From positions 32,001 to 96,000 of the forward strand of contig JAXDQU010000021.1 of assembly GCA_034667685.1 (NCBI GenBank): a DNA stretch of 64,000 bases, in the 5' to 3' direction. Positions 37,413 to 47,106 of this stretch are shown in pieces. Below the pieces are notes generated by a model. That model saw only the letters and a list, made by a program, of their open reading frames with translations, searched no databases and was not told the DNA's origin. Numbering within the stretch: the first letter of the stretch is position 1; each line of letters opens with the position of its first letter. This DNA is from Thermoplasmata archaeon (lineage in GTDB: Archaea > Thermoplasmatota > SW-10-69-26 > JACQPN01 > JAJPHT01). The translations under genes were made by a program, and so were the position numbers.

Positions 37413-39266
37413 TCAGTCCGTCGTCGCCCCGCCCGCCCCGAGGATCGTCGGGAGCCACAGGTCCGTGTCCCAGCGCGTCGGGGTGCCATCGCGGACGACG
37501 GTGGGCAGCGTGAACGTGGTCGCCTTGTCGCCGTAGGTCACGGTGACGGGCGCGGTCTGCGCGCTGGGGAGCACGTCGCTGCCGCCCTGCTCCTGGGTGA
37601 GCGCGAGGCGGATGCGCGAGCCGGGCAGGATGTGCGCGTCCAGGGGGTAGAACTCCATCTTGGCGACGATCGGCTGGCCGGGCGTGACGGTCTGCGGCTC
37701 CATGCCGCCATCCGCGTAGCGGAGGTCCATCTGCGCGCGGCCGATCCAGAGGTCGGTGCCGTTTGATAGCACCTCGTGCAGCTCGGCCCACAGCAGGCCG
37801 CCCGACGAGGTGGGCGTGACCGTGACGTGGAGCGTCGGCAGGCCTTCGATGCGCGTGCCGTTGGGGAGCGGGTCGGTCACGAACGAGAGGACGTTCTTCG
37901 TGCCCGGGAGCGAGGCGGGCGCGCCGGCGCCGGCCGTGGGCGCGTAGAGCATGTCGCTGCCCTCCTGCGCCTTCGCGACGAGCTTGCCGTCGGCCTCGGG
38001 GTGGAGCACGAGCGGCGTCGCGTCGAGCGGCGGGTAGGCGTTCTCCGGCTCGGTGGTCCAGTGGCCGTGCGTGTCCTCGACCTGCACCGCGGGGCCCGTG
38101 TCGGTCTTCGCGCCCTTCAGCTCCTGGTCGAACCAGCGCAGCAGCATCTCGGCCCAGTCCATGCGCACGTTGGGGTGCTCGCTGGCGCGGTCGGCGTGCA
38201 CGTGCGCCCACTCGCCCACGAGCATCTTCTTGGCGCCGGGGAACTGGTTGTAGATGTCGATGCCCTGCGAGGGCTTCACGTTCCAGTCCTGGAAGCCGTG
38301 GATGTAGAAGAGCGAGCCGTGGAAATTCTTCAGCGCGCGGTCGCGGTAGTCGCGGGCCGTCCAGTAGTCCGCCTGCGGGCCCATGTCGAGCGGCGTGCTG
38401 GTCTGGCCGCCGCCGGTCGCGTAGCCGTACGCGCCCTCGGGCGCGTGGAAGGGGCCGCTGAACGGATCGGGGCAGGCGACGCGCGCCGCGGTCTGCGGGT
38501 CGTCGGGCGTCGAGCCCATGCCCTGCGTCGCGCCGTAGCTGTAGTACGACTCGCCCAGGATCAGGCTGCGCGTCTCCGCCGACCCGTTGCGGAAGTGGAG
38601 CTGCTGCATGCTGTCGATGCCCTCGATGGGCACGATCGTCTTGAGGTACTTGTTGCCCGTCGTCGCGGCCTCCCACGCGGTGGTTCCGTCGTACGACTTG
38701 CCGATGACGGCGACCGCGCCGCTCGACCACGGAGCTTCGCCCAGGTACGTCAGGAGCACGTCGATGTCGTGCTGCTCGGTGGCGCCCAGGTAGTCGTTGC
38801 ACCCCTCGCTCTGGCCCGTGCCGCGCACACTGGCCTGCACGACCGCGTAGCCGTGCGGCACGAGGTTGTCGATGAGGAACTTGCCCAGCCGCACGTGCGC
38901 GGGCGTGCCGACGTCGTCGTCCAGCTCGCCGTAGTAGGGGCCGACGTCCATGAGCACGGGGACCTTGGTGCCGTTGGGCACGTCGGGGAGGTAGATGCCC
39001 AGCGCGAGCTTCACCCCGTCGAAGCTGGGCACCTTCACGACCTTCGCGGGCAGCACGGCGTAGGTCCCCTTCTCGACGGGGTGGCTCCAGTCGAGCGGCT
39101 TGCCCTCCGGCGTGTTGATATCAAACGCGGAGGCGGGCGGGAAGGGCAGGCCCGCGGTCGTGGCAGGCGTCGCGCCCAGCGCCGCGGCGGGCGGCTGCTT
39201 CGAGGCCGAGAGACAGCCCGCGACGAGGAGGAGCCCGACGAGGGCGAAGGCCAGGAAGGCGCGCAT
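37413..39266 (-). CDS. CocE/NonD (S15, Xaa-Pro dipeptidyl-peptidase-like) lipoprotein
   Basis: LVAGC lipobox; RGTGQSEG, GKSYDG nucleophile motif, HGFQDWNV. Confidence 0.9.
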   Translation of the reverse strand: MRAFLAFALVGLLLVAGCLSASKQPPAAALGATPATTAGLPFPPASAFDINTPEGKPLDWSHPVEKGTYAVLPAKVVKVPSFDGVKLALGIYLPDVPNGTKVPVLMDVGPYYGELDDDVGTPAHVRLGKFLIDNLVPHGYAVVQASVRGTGQSEGCNDYLGATEQHDIDVLLTYLGEAPWSSGAVAVIGKSYDGTTAWEAATTGNKYLKTIVPIEGIDSMQQLHFRNGSAETRSLILGESYYSYGATQGMGSTPDDPQTAARVACPDPFSGPFHAPEGAYGYATGGGQTSTPLDMGPQADYWTARDYRDRALKNFHGSLFYIHGFQDWNVKPSQGIDIYNQFPGAKKMLVGEWAHVHADRASEHPNVRMDWAEMLLRWFDQELKGAKTDTGPAVQVEDTHGHWTTEPENAYPPLDATPLVLHPEADGKLVAKAQEGSDMLYAPTAGAGAPASLPGTKNVLSFVTDPLPNGTRIEGLPTLHVTVTPTSSGGLLWAELHEVLSNGTDLWIGRAQMDLRYADGGMEPQTVTPGQPIVAKMEFYPLDAHILPGSRIRLALTQEQGGSDVLPSAQTAPVTVTYGDKATTFTLPTVVRDGTPTRWDTDLWLPTILGAGGATTD

Positions 39267-39368
39267 CGCATGGGACCTCCGGACCCGGCCCTTCAGGATT
39301 GTGGTGCCGCGGGTGTGCACCCGATCCCGGGCGCGTTCTGGGCCGCGGCAGTCTTGACCGGCTTGACT

Positions 39369-39449
39369 GCGCTTCGCTTGCCGCCAACACGCCATGACGC
39401 CATCACCTCGCGTGTTGGCGTGGTCGCGTGTTGGCGGCAAGCGAAGCGC
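39369..39449. repeat. Palindromic element, family C
   Basis: GCGCTTCGCTTGCCGCCAACACGC...GCGTGTTGGCGGCAAGCGAAGCGC. Confidence 0.88.
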
Positions 39450-39499
39450 GGTGAGGCGCGCGAGCCGAAGAACCGCGCGGCAGAGCCCACGGCCCAGGG

Positions 39500-41599
39500 C
39501 TAGGTCTTGCGGACGAGCGCCACCGCGATGCCCACCGCCGCCGCGCCCAGGAGTGCGAGGAGGGTGGCGGCGACGCCGAGCCCCGCGACGCCCTTGCCGG
39601 CGGGCGCGCCCGCGAGCGCCAGCGGGCCCACGAGCGTCTGCGCGGCGGCGAACTGGAGCTTGGCGGTCGCCGCGCCGGTGGCGGCGGGGCCGGGGTTCGT
39701 CGCGTGGACGACGTAGACCTTGGTGCCGTTCGCGTCCTGGGTCTCGGTGGTGAGCGTGACGCCGGGCTGGTCGGAGGCCAGCGTCAGCGTGGGGGCGGGC
39801 GCGCCGGCCGCGGCGGGGAAGGCGTAGACGCCGACGATCGCGCCGGCGGGCGCCTGCGGGATCTCCAGCGCGTCGTGGATCTCGTAGGTCTGCGCGACGG
39901 TCGTCGTGTTCGCGCCCACTCCGAAGGTGAACGCGCGCACGGTCGGGGAGAAGGCGAGGCCGGGGAGCGTGGGCTCGACGTAGACGAAGGCGCGGTAGAC
40001 GCCGGCCTCCGGCGCGGAGAAGCTCGCCGTGCCGCCGCGCAGGCCCGAGGCGTAGGCGAGCGCGCCCTGCGGGCCGAAGACCGTGATATCATAGCGCGCG
40101 TTGGCCATGCCTTCCAGCTTGGGCGTGACGTCGCCCGGCTTCCAGGGCGCCAGCGCCGCGAAGGGGAGCGTGACGTTGTGCCCCGCGCCGGTGAGCGTCT
40201 GGGCCGTCCAGTCGGGCGCGCCGTCGGCGTGGTTGCGCGTCTGCGGCGCGGTGGCGTAGGCGACCTCGATCTTCGTGTCCCACGCGCTGCCCGCCGGGAC
40301 GCCGGCGCCCTGCACGCGGATGGTGTACCAGCCCTCGACGGGGACGCTGCCCACGCGGAGCGGCTTGGAGGGCGTCTGCACGGGGTCGACCGACGCGGTC
40401 TGGAGGACCTTGCCCTCGGGGTCGAGGAGCTGCATGTTGAGGCTCGCGGCGCCGCGGTCGAGCGACTGGCCGGGCGTCTCCAGCGTCAGCGTGGCGGTCA
40501 CGGCCTGCGCGCTGTCGAAGACGAAGAAGGGCACGTCGCGCTGGAACTGGTTGAGCGCGTTGAGCGCGTCGGCGCTGCCGCCGGGCGCGGGCACCAGGCC
40601 CTGGTCGACGACGGCGTAGTCCTTGGGGAAGCTGAACCCCTCGGGCTTGACGTCGCCCGCGACGAAGCTCACCGGGATCGTGACGGGCGGCGTCGCGCCC
40701 TTGGCGTCGGGGAGGAGCGTGAACGTCGCGGTGGTGAGGCCGGGCCGCGCGAGCGTGGCGGTGAACTGCACCTTGCCGCCGGCGGCGTCCATCGGCTGCG
40801 TGGCGTAGACGAGGTCGCCCGCCTCGTCGTGGAGCGCGGCGACGACCTTGCCCGCGGGCGCGGGGTCGATCTGCGCGCTGAAGACCTGCGGGACCCAGAA
40901 GCTCGTCTTGGCGGGCGGCGTGAGCGTGACCTTCTCGCCGGCGGCCTGTCCGGTGGCGGGGGCCGCGGTGAAGTTGGCGACGGGCGTGACCGCGTACACG
41001 TCGGGCGTCAGGTCGCCGTCGTGGAGCGGGTTCTCGGGCGCGACGCGGAACTCCTTGATGCCGTAGCCCGACTGGTAGAGGCTGTTCTCGCTGCTCTTGG
41101 CGAAGACGAGGAGCTTGGCGTAGTCGTAGCCGTCGCGCAGCACGGCGCGGTCGACGAGCGTGATGCTCACCGTGACGTCGAACTGCTGGTCGTACATCGC
41201 CTCGGGACCCGCGGCGTTGGTGGGGTCCGGCTGCACGCTCGTGGGGTTCTGCGTGTTCACGGTGAGCGCGTCGGGCTGGACCTTCATGTCGACCCACGCG
41301 GGCTTGCGCGGGAACTCGAACGTGATCTGGATGGGGTCGGTGGGCGCGACGGGGGCGTAGCCGTCGCCGAGCATGCGGAAGCTCCAGTCGACCTTGGCGT
41401 GGATCTGCACGGTCTTGTTCGCCGTCAGGTTCGTCATCGACGGGCCTGCGGACGTGATCGTGATGACGGGGTAGATGCGGCCGCAGGGGACGCCGCCGAG
41501 CGAGACGCCCGAGGTCGCGCAGGCCGACGCGGCGGGGACCAGGGACGCCAGCGGCGCGGCCAGGAGAAGCGCAAGGACCAGGAGCGCGGCGCGTGACAC
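39500..41599 (-). CDS. Large secreted beta-rich surface protein with C-terminal membrane anchor
   Basis: Signal peptide VSRAALLVLALLL, Ig-like composition, C-terminal TM plus RKT. Confidence 0.8.
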   Translation of the reverse strand: MSRAALLVLALLLAAPLASLVPAASACATSGVSLGGVPCGRIYPVITITSAGPSMTNLTANKTVQIHAKVDWSFRMLGDGYAPVAPTDPIQITFEFPRKPAWVDMKVQPDALTVNTQNPTSVQPDPTNAAGPEAMYDQQFDVTVSITLVDRAVLRDGYDYAKLLVFAKSSENSLYQSGYGIKEFRVAPENPLHDGDLTPDVYAVTPVANFTAAPATGQAAGEKVTLTPPAKTSFWVPQVFSAQIDPAPAGKVVAALHDEAGDLVYATQPMDAAGGKVQFTATLARPGLTTATFTLLPDAKGATPPVTIPVSFVAGDVKPEGFSFPKDYAVVDQGLVPAPGGSADALNALNQFQRDVPFFVFDSAQAVTATLTLETPGQSLDRGAASLNMQLLDPEGKVLQTASVDPVQTPSKPLRVGSVPVEGWYTIRVQGAGVPAGSAWDTKIEVAYATAPQTRNHADGAPDWTAQTLTGAGHNVTLPFAALAPWKPGDVTPKLEGMANARYDITVFGPQGALAYASGLRGGTASFSAPEAGVYRAFVYVEPTLPGLAFSPTVRAFTFGVGANTTTVAQTYEIHDALEIPQAPAGAIVGVYAFPAAAGAPAPTLTLASDQPGVTLTTETQDANGTKVYVVHATNPGPAATGAATAKLQFAAAQTLVGPLALAGAPAGKGVAGLGVAATLLALLGAAAVGIAVALVRKT

Positions 41600-41701
41600 G
41601 GCAGAGTCCCGGGTCGCGCGAGCGGGAGGGCTCCTTAAAGGCGTTGCTGCAAACCCCTGCTGCAAGAAGCGCCAAATACGCCGCGCCCGGCTCGGGGGGC
41701 C

Positions 41702-43093
41702 GTGCGCGCCCTTGCCCTCGCCTTCGTCCTCGCCCTCCTCGCGGGCTGCGTCTCCACCGTGCCGGGCTCGACGCCCGCACCGGGCCCCGCCGCGGGGCAG
41801 GACGTGACGCTGGGCGCCACGCGCGTGCACGTCGAGGCGCACGCGGCCGGCATCTCGCGCATCCTCCTGGCCGAGGGGAGCGCCGCGCAGGTCACGTTCC
41901 CCGAAGGCTACCTCGTCCAGGACGAGAAGGGGGAGCTTCACCCCGCCAAGGGCGCGGTGGACGTGACGCCCGGCAAGGCCGTGCGCTTCCTCCCGCCCTG
42001 GAACGTGACGGGCCTGCCGGTGCCCACGCTCTCCGCCGACGGGAAGACGGCGCCGCTCGACCTCGCGTTCGACGAGGGGCACCACCTCGCCTCGGGCGAG
42101 GAGGCCATCGCGCTGGAGAAGGTGCAGCGCGCGCAGTTCCCGCACCGCACGCCCGGCATGCCCAACTACGCCAAGGCCGAGGCCTACTTCGCCGACTTCT
42201 TCAAGAAGCTCAACTACACCGTCGAGGTCAACGCGTACCCCGGCGACGACCAGAAGATCCCCCTGGGCGACCAGCCGGGCCCCGGCAGCGCGGAGAGCGT
42301 GCTCGGTTACAAGATGGGCACGACGAAGGCGGATCGCTATCTCGTCTTCGGCGGCCACTTCGACGTCGTCGAGGGGACGACGGAAGGCGCGTTCGACAAC
42401 ACGGCGGGCGCGGTCGCCACGCTCGCGATGGCGGAGGCGTTCGCCAACCTCACCACCGAGCACAGCATCGTCTTCGCCGAGTGGGGCGGCGAGGAGGACG
42501 GCACCGTGGGCAGCGCCGCGTGGCTCGCCGCGCACCCGCAGATGGTCCCGCAGATCGACGGCTACGTGAACTTCGACGTCGTGGCGCTCGCGTACCCCGC
42601 GCCCAAGCCCGAGCCCGCGCCCATCGTCGTGACCGCCGCGCCCGACGGCCCCGTCGCCGACGCGCTCCACGCCGACGCGGCCATGATCGAGAAGACCTAC
42701 GCCCGCACCGGCGCCAAGCTCATCATGGAGGACTGGGCGAAGAACCAGGCCACCGGCACGCTGGGCCTGGGCGGCGCGGGCGTCAACGCGCAGAGCGACC
42801 ACACGCCCTTCGCCGCGCACGGCATCCCGAGCTTCTTCCTCTTCACGAGCCGCGTGCCCGACGTCTTCGCCATCATCCACAGCCCCAAGGACACGCTCGA
42901 CAACATGACGCGTTACTCGCTCCTGGGCATCCAGGGCATCGGCCAGGAGCTGACGCCCGCCGAGACGGCCGAGGGCGAGGCGCTCCTCGCGCGCAGCTTC
43001 GAGGCGCAGATGGTCCCCATGTTCGACTGGGTCGTGCTCGTGGACGACGGGACGATCGCGTTGCCCGTGGCCGCTCCGGGCTTGCAGGTCTGA
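41702..43093 (+). CDS. M28 family metallopeptidase lipoprotein
   Basis: LLAGC lipobox; GGHFD, GAFDNTAG, GEEDG, NFD, SDH, IHSPKD. Confidence 0.9.
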   Translation: MRALALAFVLALLAGCVSTVPGSTPAPGPAAGQDVTLGATRVHVEAHAAGISRILLAEGSAAQVTFPEGYLVQDEKGELHPAKGAVDVTPGKAVRFLPPWNVTGLPVPTLSADGKTAPLDLAFDEGHHLASGEEAIALEKVQRAQFPHRTPGMPNYAKAEAYFADFFKKLNYTVEVNAYPGDDQKIPLGDQPGPGSAESVLGYKMGTTKADRYLVFGGHFDVVEGTTEGAFDNTAGAVATLAMAEAFANLTTEHSIVFAEWGGEEDGTVGSAAWLAAHPQMVPQIDGYVNFDVVALAYPAPKPEPAPIVVTAAPDGPVADALHADAAMIEKTYARTGAKLIMEDWAKNQATGTLGLGGAGVNAQSDHTPFAAHGIPSFFLFTSRVPDVFAIIHSPKDTLDNMTRYSLLGIQGIGQELTPAETAEGEALLARSFEAQMVPMFDWVVLVDDGTIALPVAAPGLQV

Positions 43094-43105
43094 TGGTTCC
43101 GACTG

Positions 43106-43181
43106 CCAGCCACAGAGGACACGGAGGACACAGAGGCGGCTTTTCTCCGTCCTCCGTGACCTCCGTGTCCTCTGTGGCTGG
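43106..43181. repeat. Palindromic element, family A
   Basis: CCAGCCACAGAGGACACGGAGG...CCTCCGTGTCCTCTGTGGCTGG. Confidence 0.9.
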
Positions 43182-43231
43182 AGAAGGCGCGTTCACAATC
43201 TGATATCACCCTCGCAGGCTCCTCGGAGCAC

Positions 43232-43474
43232 GTGTCCACCCGCGACCGCGTCCGCGCGCTGCTCCTCGAACGGCCGGGCCTGACCACCACCGAGGCCGCG
43301 CGGGCGCTCGCGCTCGACCGCACGACGGCGCGCTATCATCTGCGGCAGCTGGCGAGGGAGCGCCACGCCGTCGCGAGCGGGCTGAGGTGGTTCCCGCCGA
43401 GGCAGGCGCTCGGCCGTCGGGACTCCGGGCTCCGGGCTCTGGACTCTGGACTCCCGGCGAGTCCTGAGCCCTGA
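43232..43474 (+). CDS. Small winged-helix protein (C-terminus supplied by a repeat)
   Basis: TRDRV..LL.ERPGLTTTEAARALALDRTTARYHLRQL HTH. Confidence 0.6.
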   Translation: MSTRDRVRALLLERPGLTTTEAARALALDRTTARYHLRQLARERHAVASGLRWFPPRQALGRRDSGLRALDSGLPASPEP

Positions 43475-43496
43475 GCCCACAGCCCGGAGCCCTGGA
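43419..43496. repeat. Heptamer-unit palindrome (GGACTCT/GAGCCCT-type)
   Basis: GGACTCC GGGCTCC GGGCTCT GGACTCT followed by GAGTCCT GAGCCCT GAGCCC. Confidence 0.75.
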
Positions 43497-43561
43497 TCGG
43501 CTCCCGAAAGGCTCTTCCGGAGGACGACCCGTGGGCGACCCGCCACGAGGCCAGCGCCCCC

Positions 43562-44992
43562 ATGTACGTCATCCTCGGCTGCGGGTCCGTCGGCTTCAAC
43601 GCCGCGCGCCTGCTCAAGTCGCGCGACGAGGACCTCCTCGTCATCGACCGCTCCAAGAAGCGCGTCGAGGACCTGCGCGACGCCGGGTACACCGCCGTCA
43701 CGGGCGACATGGAGAACCTGGAGGCCTTCCGCCCCGAGTTCGAGCGCGCGAGCGCGTTCCTGCTCCTGAGCAGCAACATGGAGGCCAACCTCTCGGGCCT
43801 GAAGCACCTCAAGCGCGAGTACGCGCACGCCTTCGTGATCGTGCGCGCGATCGACCCGGTCTCGGCCGAGGCGTTCGAGAAGGCGGGCGCGGACCGCGTC
43901 ATCACGCCCAGCGACGTCATCGCCCGCAGCGTGCTGCGCGAGCTCTCCGAGTTCGAGGTGCGCAGGACGGGCGGCGCGCTCATCGCCATCATCCAGGCCG
44001 CCAAGTCGGTCGCCATCTTCCTCCAGAGCAACCCGGACCCCGACGCGCTGGGCAGCGGCCTGGCGCTCAAGGCCATCTGCGAGCACTTCGGCGCGAAGTC
44101 CACGCTCTACTACGGCGGCGCGATCGGCCACCAGGAGAACCGCGCCTTCGTGAATCTCCTGGAGATCCAGCTCGTGCAGGTGGGCCCGCGCGACGACGTC
44201 CACGACATCGTGGCGCAGCACGACTGCGTGGCGCTCGTCGAGGCCTCGCTGCCCGGGAAGAACAACGTGCTCCCGCTCGACGTCACGCCGGACATCGTGT
44301 TCGACCACCACCTCGTCGAGGAGGCGGACATCCGCGCGCGCTTCCACGACGTGCGCCAGGAGATCGGCGCCACGAGCACGATCCTCACGCAGTACCTCAA
44401 GCAGCTGGGCGTCCCCGTCGACGCGAAGCTCGCCGTCGCGCTCCTGTACGGCATCCGGACCGACACGAAGTCCTTCTCGCGCGACGTGACGCCCGCCGAC
44501 ATGGAGGCGGCCACCTTCCTCTCGCAGCACGCCGATCCGGAACTGCTGGAGAAGATCGAGACGCCGCCCATGGCCGCCGAGACGGTGGACACGCTGGGCA
44601 AGGCGATCCGCAACCGCGAGCAGTACGGCTCGTTCATCCTCACGAGCGTGGACTTCATCCGCGACCGCGACACGCTGCCGCAGGCCGCCGACTTCCTCCT
44701 GAAGCTGGAAGGCGTGAACACGGTGATCGCGTTCGGCATCGTCGAGGACGTCATCCACATCAGCGCGCGCACCAACGACGTGCGCGTGAACTTGGGCGAG
44801 GCGCTGGAGAAGGCGTTCGGCAAGCAGAACGCCGGGGGCCACGCCAAGATGGCGGGCGGCCAGATCCGGCTGGGCATCTTCGGCGACGTGGACGAGAAGG
44901 AGGCGCTTCTCCGGCTCGCCCGCGACGCCGTGCGCAAGCAGGTGCTCAACGTGCTCGGCCTCGAAGAGCGGGCCAAGCGCGAAGAGGAATAG
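43562..44992 (+). CDS. TrkA-N (RCK) domain plus DHH/DHHA1 phosphoesterase
   Basis: ILGCGSVG Rossmann motif; NPDPDALGS, FDHH, TDT, SAR, AGGH. Confidence 0.9.
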   Translation: MYVILGCGSVGFNAARLLKSRDEDLLVIDRSKKRVEDLRDAGYTAVTGDMENLEAFRPEFERASAFLLLSSNMEANLSGLKHLKREYAHAFVIVRAIDPVSAEAFEKAGADRVITPSDVIARSVLRELSEFEVRRTGGALIAIIQAAKSVAIFLQSNPDPDALGSGLALKAICEHFGAKSTLYYGGAIGHQENRAFVNLLEIQLVQVGPRDDVHDIVAQHDCVALVEASLPGKNNVLPLDVTPDIVFDHHLVEEADIRARFHDVRQEIGATSTILTQYLKQLGVPVDAKLAVALLYGIRTDTKSFSRDVTPADMEAATFLSQHADPELLEKIETPPMAAETVDTLGKAIRNREQYGSFILTSVDFIRDRDTLPQAADFLLKLEGVNTVIAFGIVEDVIHISARTNDVRVNLGEALEKAFGKQNAGGHAKMAGGQIRLGIFGDVDEKEALLRLARDAVRKQVLNVLGLEERAKREEE

Positions 44993-45019
44993 CGCACCGG
45001 TTTCCTGCGTGCGGGAAGC

Positions 45020-45111
45020 GCGACCCGTCCAAAACCCGACGACCCGAGAACCCGACGGACCAACTCGGGTAGTCGGGTGCTCGGGTCCCTCGGGTTTTCT
45101 CGGAGGGTCAC
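45020..45111. repeat. Palindromic element, family D
   Basis: GCGACCC..AAAACCCGACGACCCGAGAACCCGAC...GTCGGGTGCTCGGGTCCCTCGGGTTTT..GGGTCAC. Confidence 0.82.
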
Positions 45112-45178
45112 ACGCCCAGCCACGATCGGACGGTAGTGACGGAACCTTTTTCCCAGCCGCTCGGCGTGCGCGCCACGC

Positions 45179-45652
45179 ATGAAGGCCTTCGGCTTCCTCC
45201 TGCTCCTCTCCGGTCTCGTCCTCGCGGCCGTCCCGGTCCACGCCCAGTCGAGCCAGACCACGTTCAACCTCGTGGGCAAGGCCAACGGCGGCTCCTACGC
45301 GTGGTACCTCGACGGCGCCGGCAGCCCGAACCCCGACCTCAACGTCCCGGCCAACACGCAGATCACCATCACCTGGTCGAGCGCGGACGACGTCCCCCAC
45401 ACGCTCAAGGTCGGCTCGAACGCCGTCTGCGGCGGCAACGGCAAGTCGAACAGCGACGGCCCCCAGACCTGCACGTTCAACTCGGGCAGCGCCAACATGG
45501 ACTACGCCTGCACGATCCACCCCGACATGAAGGGCAGCGTCAAGGTCGCGGGCGCGGCCGAGCCGGCGAAGAAGTCGCCCGGCACGCAGGTGCTCGGCGT
45601 CGGTCTCGCGTTCGTGGGCGCCGCGCTGCTGGCGTCCCGTCGCCAGAAGTAG
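45179..45652 (+). CDS. Cupredoxin (plastocyanin/halocyanin-like) with C-terminal sorting-like anchor
   Basis: Signal peptide; PHT and CTIHPDM type-1 copper ligands; KKSPG-TM-RRQK tail. Confidence 0.85.
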   Translation: MKAFGFLLLLSGLVLAAVPVHAQSSQTTFNLVGKANGGSYAWYLDGAGSPNPDLNVPANTQITITWSSADDVPHTLKVGSNAVCGGNGKSNSDGPQTCTFNSGSANMDYACTIHPDMKGSVKVAGAAEPAKKSPGTQVLGVGLAFVGAALLASRRQK

Positions 45653-45702
45653 GGTCCCTCCTTCCCAAGACGCCCGAGCGGCCCCCGGAGCCAAGCTTCG
45701 CA

Positions 45703-45795
45703 TGGGCCGCCTCCGGCGGAGGAAATCCCGAATCACGAATCTCCGAATCACGAACAGCAGATCCTCGTGATTCGAGATTCGTGATTCGGGATTCC
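45703..45795. repeat. Palindromic element, family E
   Basis: TGGGCCGCCTCCGGCGG then AATCCCGAATCACGAATCTC...GAGATTCGTGATTCGGGATT. Confidence 0.88.
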
Positions 45796-45885
45796 CCGCG
45801 CGGAGCGCGCCGGGGCTGTCGGTTCAGCCTGGAATCCAAGGGTCCAAATCCTTATCCCCGCGGTCGTGGTCGCGCGGCTGTTCGC

Positions 45886-47052
45886 ATGCAGGTCGAGCTC
45901 CCGGGCATCACGCTGGTCGGCACGGCCCACGTCTCGGCCGAGAGCGTGGCCGAGGTGCGCGACGTCGTGGCGCGCGTGAAGCCGGCCGTCGTCGCCGTCG
46001 AGCTCGACGAGAACCGCAAGCGCGCGATCGTGGACAAGAAGCGCTTCGAGGAGACGCCGATCACGGACCTCCTGCGCAGCGGCAAGTCCTCCTTCATCCT
46101 CGCGCAGAGCCTCCTCGCGAGCTATCAACGCCGCATGGGCGCCAAGTACGGCGTCGAGCCGGGCGCCGAGATGGTCGCCGCGATCCACGCGGCCGAGGCC
46201 AGCGGCGCGAAGCTCGCGCTCGTCGACCGCGACATCGGCGTCACGCTGCGCCGCGCGTACGCCAAGATGGGCTTCGGCGAGCGCATCCGCCTCGCGTGGG
46301 AGCTGATCAAGTCGCTCGCGGGCGCGGGCGACGACGAGGAGATCGACGTCGAGGAGATCCTGCAGGAGGACGTCCTCACCGCGATGATGGGCGAGCTCTC
46401 CGCCATGGCGCCCACCGTCGCCGACGTGCTGATCCACGAGCGCGACGCCTACCTCGCCGCGCACATCCGCGAGGCCGCGAAGGACGGCCACGTCGTCGCC
46501 GTGCTGGGCGCGGGCCACCTGGCCGGCGTCGAGAAGTACCTGCGCGCGCCCGACACCATCCCCGACACGAAGCCGCTCGAGGTCATCCCAAAGCGCTTCC
46601 CGTGGGGGCTCGTCGTCACGATCCTCCTGTCGCTCGTCATCGCAGGCTACTTCGCGTTCAGCTTCTACAAGGGCGTGACGACGGGCGACTTCAGCGACTT
46701 CACGCGCCACCTCAAGGAGTACGTCATCGTCATGGGCGGCATGTGCGCGCTGGGCGCCCTCGCCGCCGCCGCGAACCCGCTCGCGATCCTGACGGCCTTC
46801 GTCGCCGCGCCCACCAAGATCATCCATCCCTTCGTGGGCTCGGGCATCTTCCCGGGGCTCGTCCAGGCCAAGATGAACAAGCCCACGATGAAGGACTTCC
46901 AGGGCATCAGCCACCTCCAGGCGATGCGCGACCTCTACCGCAACAAGCTCACGCACGTGCTGCTCGTGGCGAGCCTCTCGCAGCTCTTCGCGGACGTCGG
47001 GCTGCTGCTCCTTCCCATCGTGTTCCGCACCGGGCTCCCCTTCGTCCACTGA
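45886..47052 (+). CDS. TraB/PrgY/GumN family protein
   Basis: LVGTAHVS, VAVELD, PGAEM, LVDRDI, HERD, VLGAGH; C-terminal TMs. Confidence 0.9.
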   Translation: MQVELPGITLVGTAHVSAESVAEVRDVVARVKPAVVAVELDENRKRAIVDKKRFEETPITDLLRSGKSSFILAQSLLASYQRRMGAKYGVEPGAEMVAAIHAAEASGAKLALVDRDIGVTLRRAYAKMGFGERIRLAWELIKSLAGAGDDEEIDVEEILQEDVLTAMMGELSAMAPTVADVLIHERDAYLAAHIREAAKDGHVVAVLGAGHLAGVEKYLRAPDTIPDTKPLEVIPKRFPWGLVVTILLSLVIAGYFAFSFYKGVTTGDFSDFTRHLKEYVIVMGGMCALGALAAAANPLAILTAFVAAPTKIIHPFVGSGIFPGLVQAKMNKPTMKDFQGISHLQAMRDLYRNKLTHVLLVASLSQLFADVGLLLLPIVFRTGLPFVH

Positions 47053-47077
47053 GGGCGCGCCGAGCTCCAGGGTCAAC

Positions 47078-47083
47078 TTTAAG
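47078..47083 (+). promoter_or_regulatory. Putative TATA (TTTAAG) for the tandem-cupredoxin gene
   Basis: ~24 nt upstream of GTG 47107. Confidence 0.5.
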
Positions 47084-47106
47084 GGGGGCCTCCCAATTCC
47101 CGCCGC

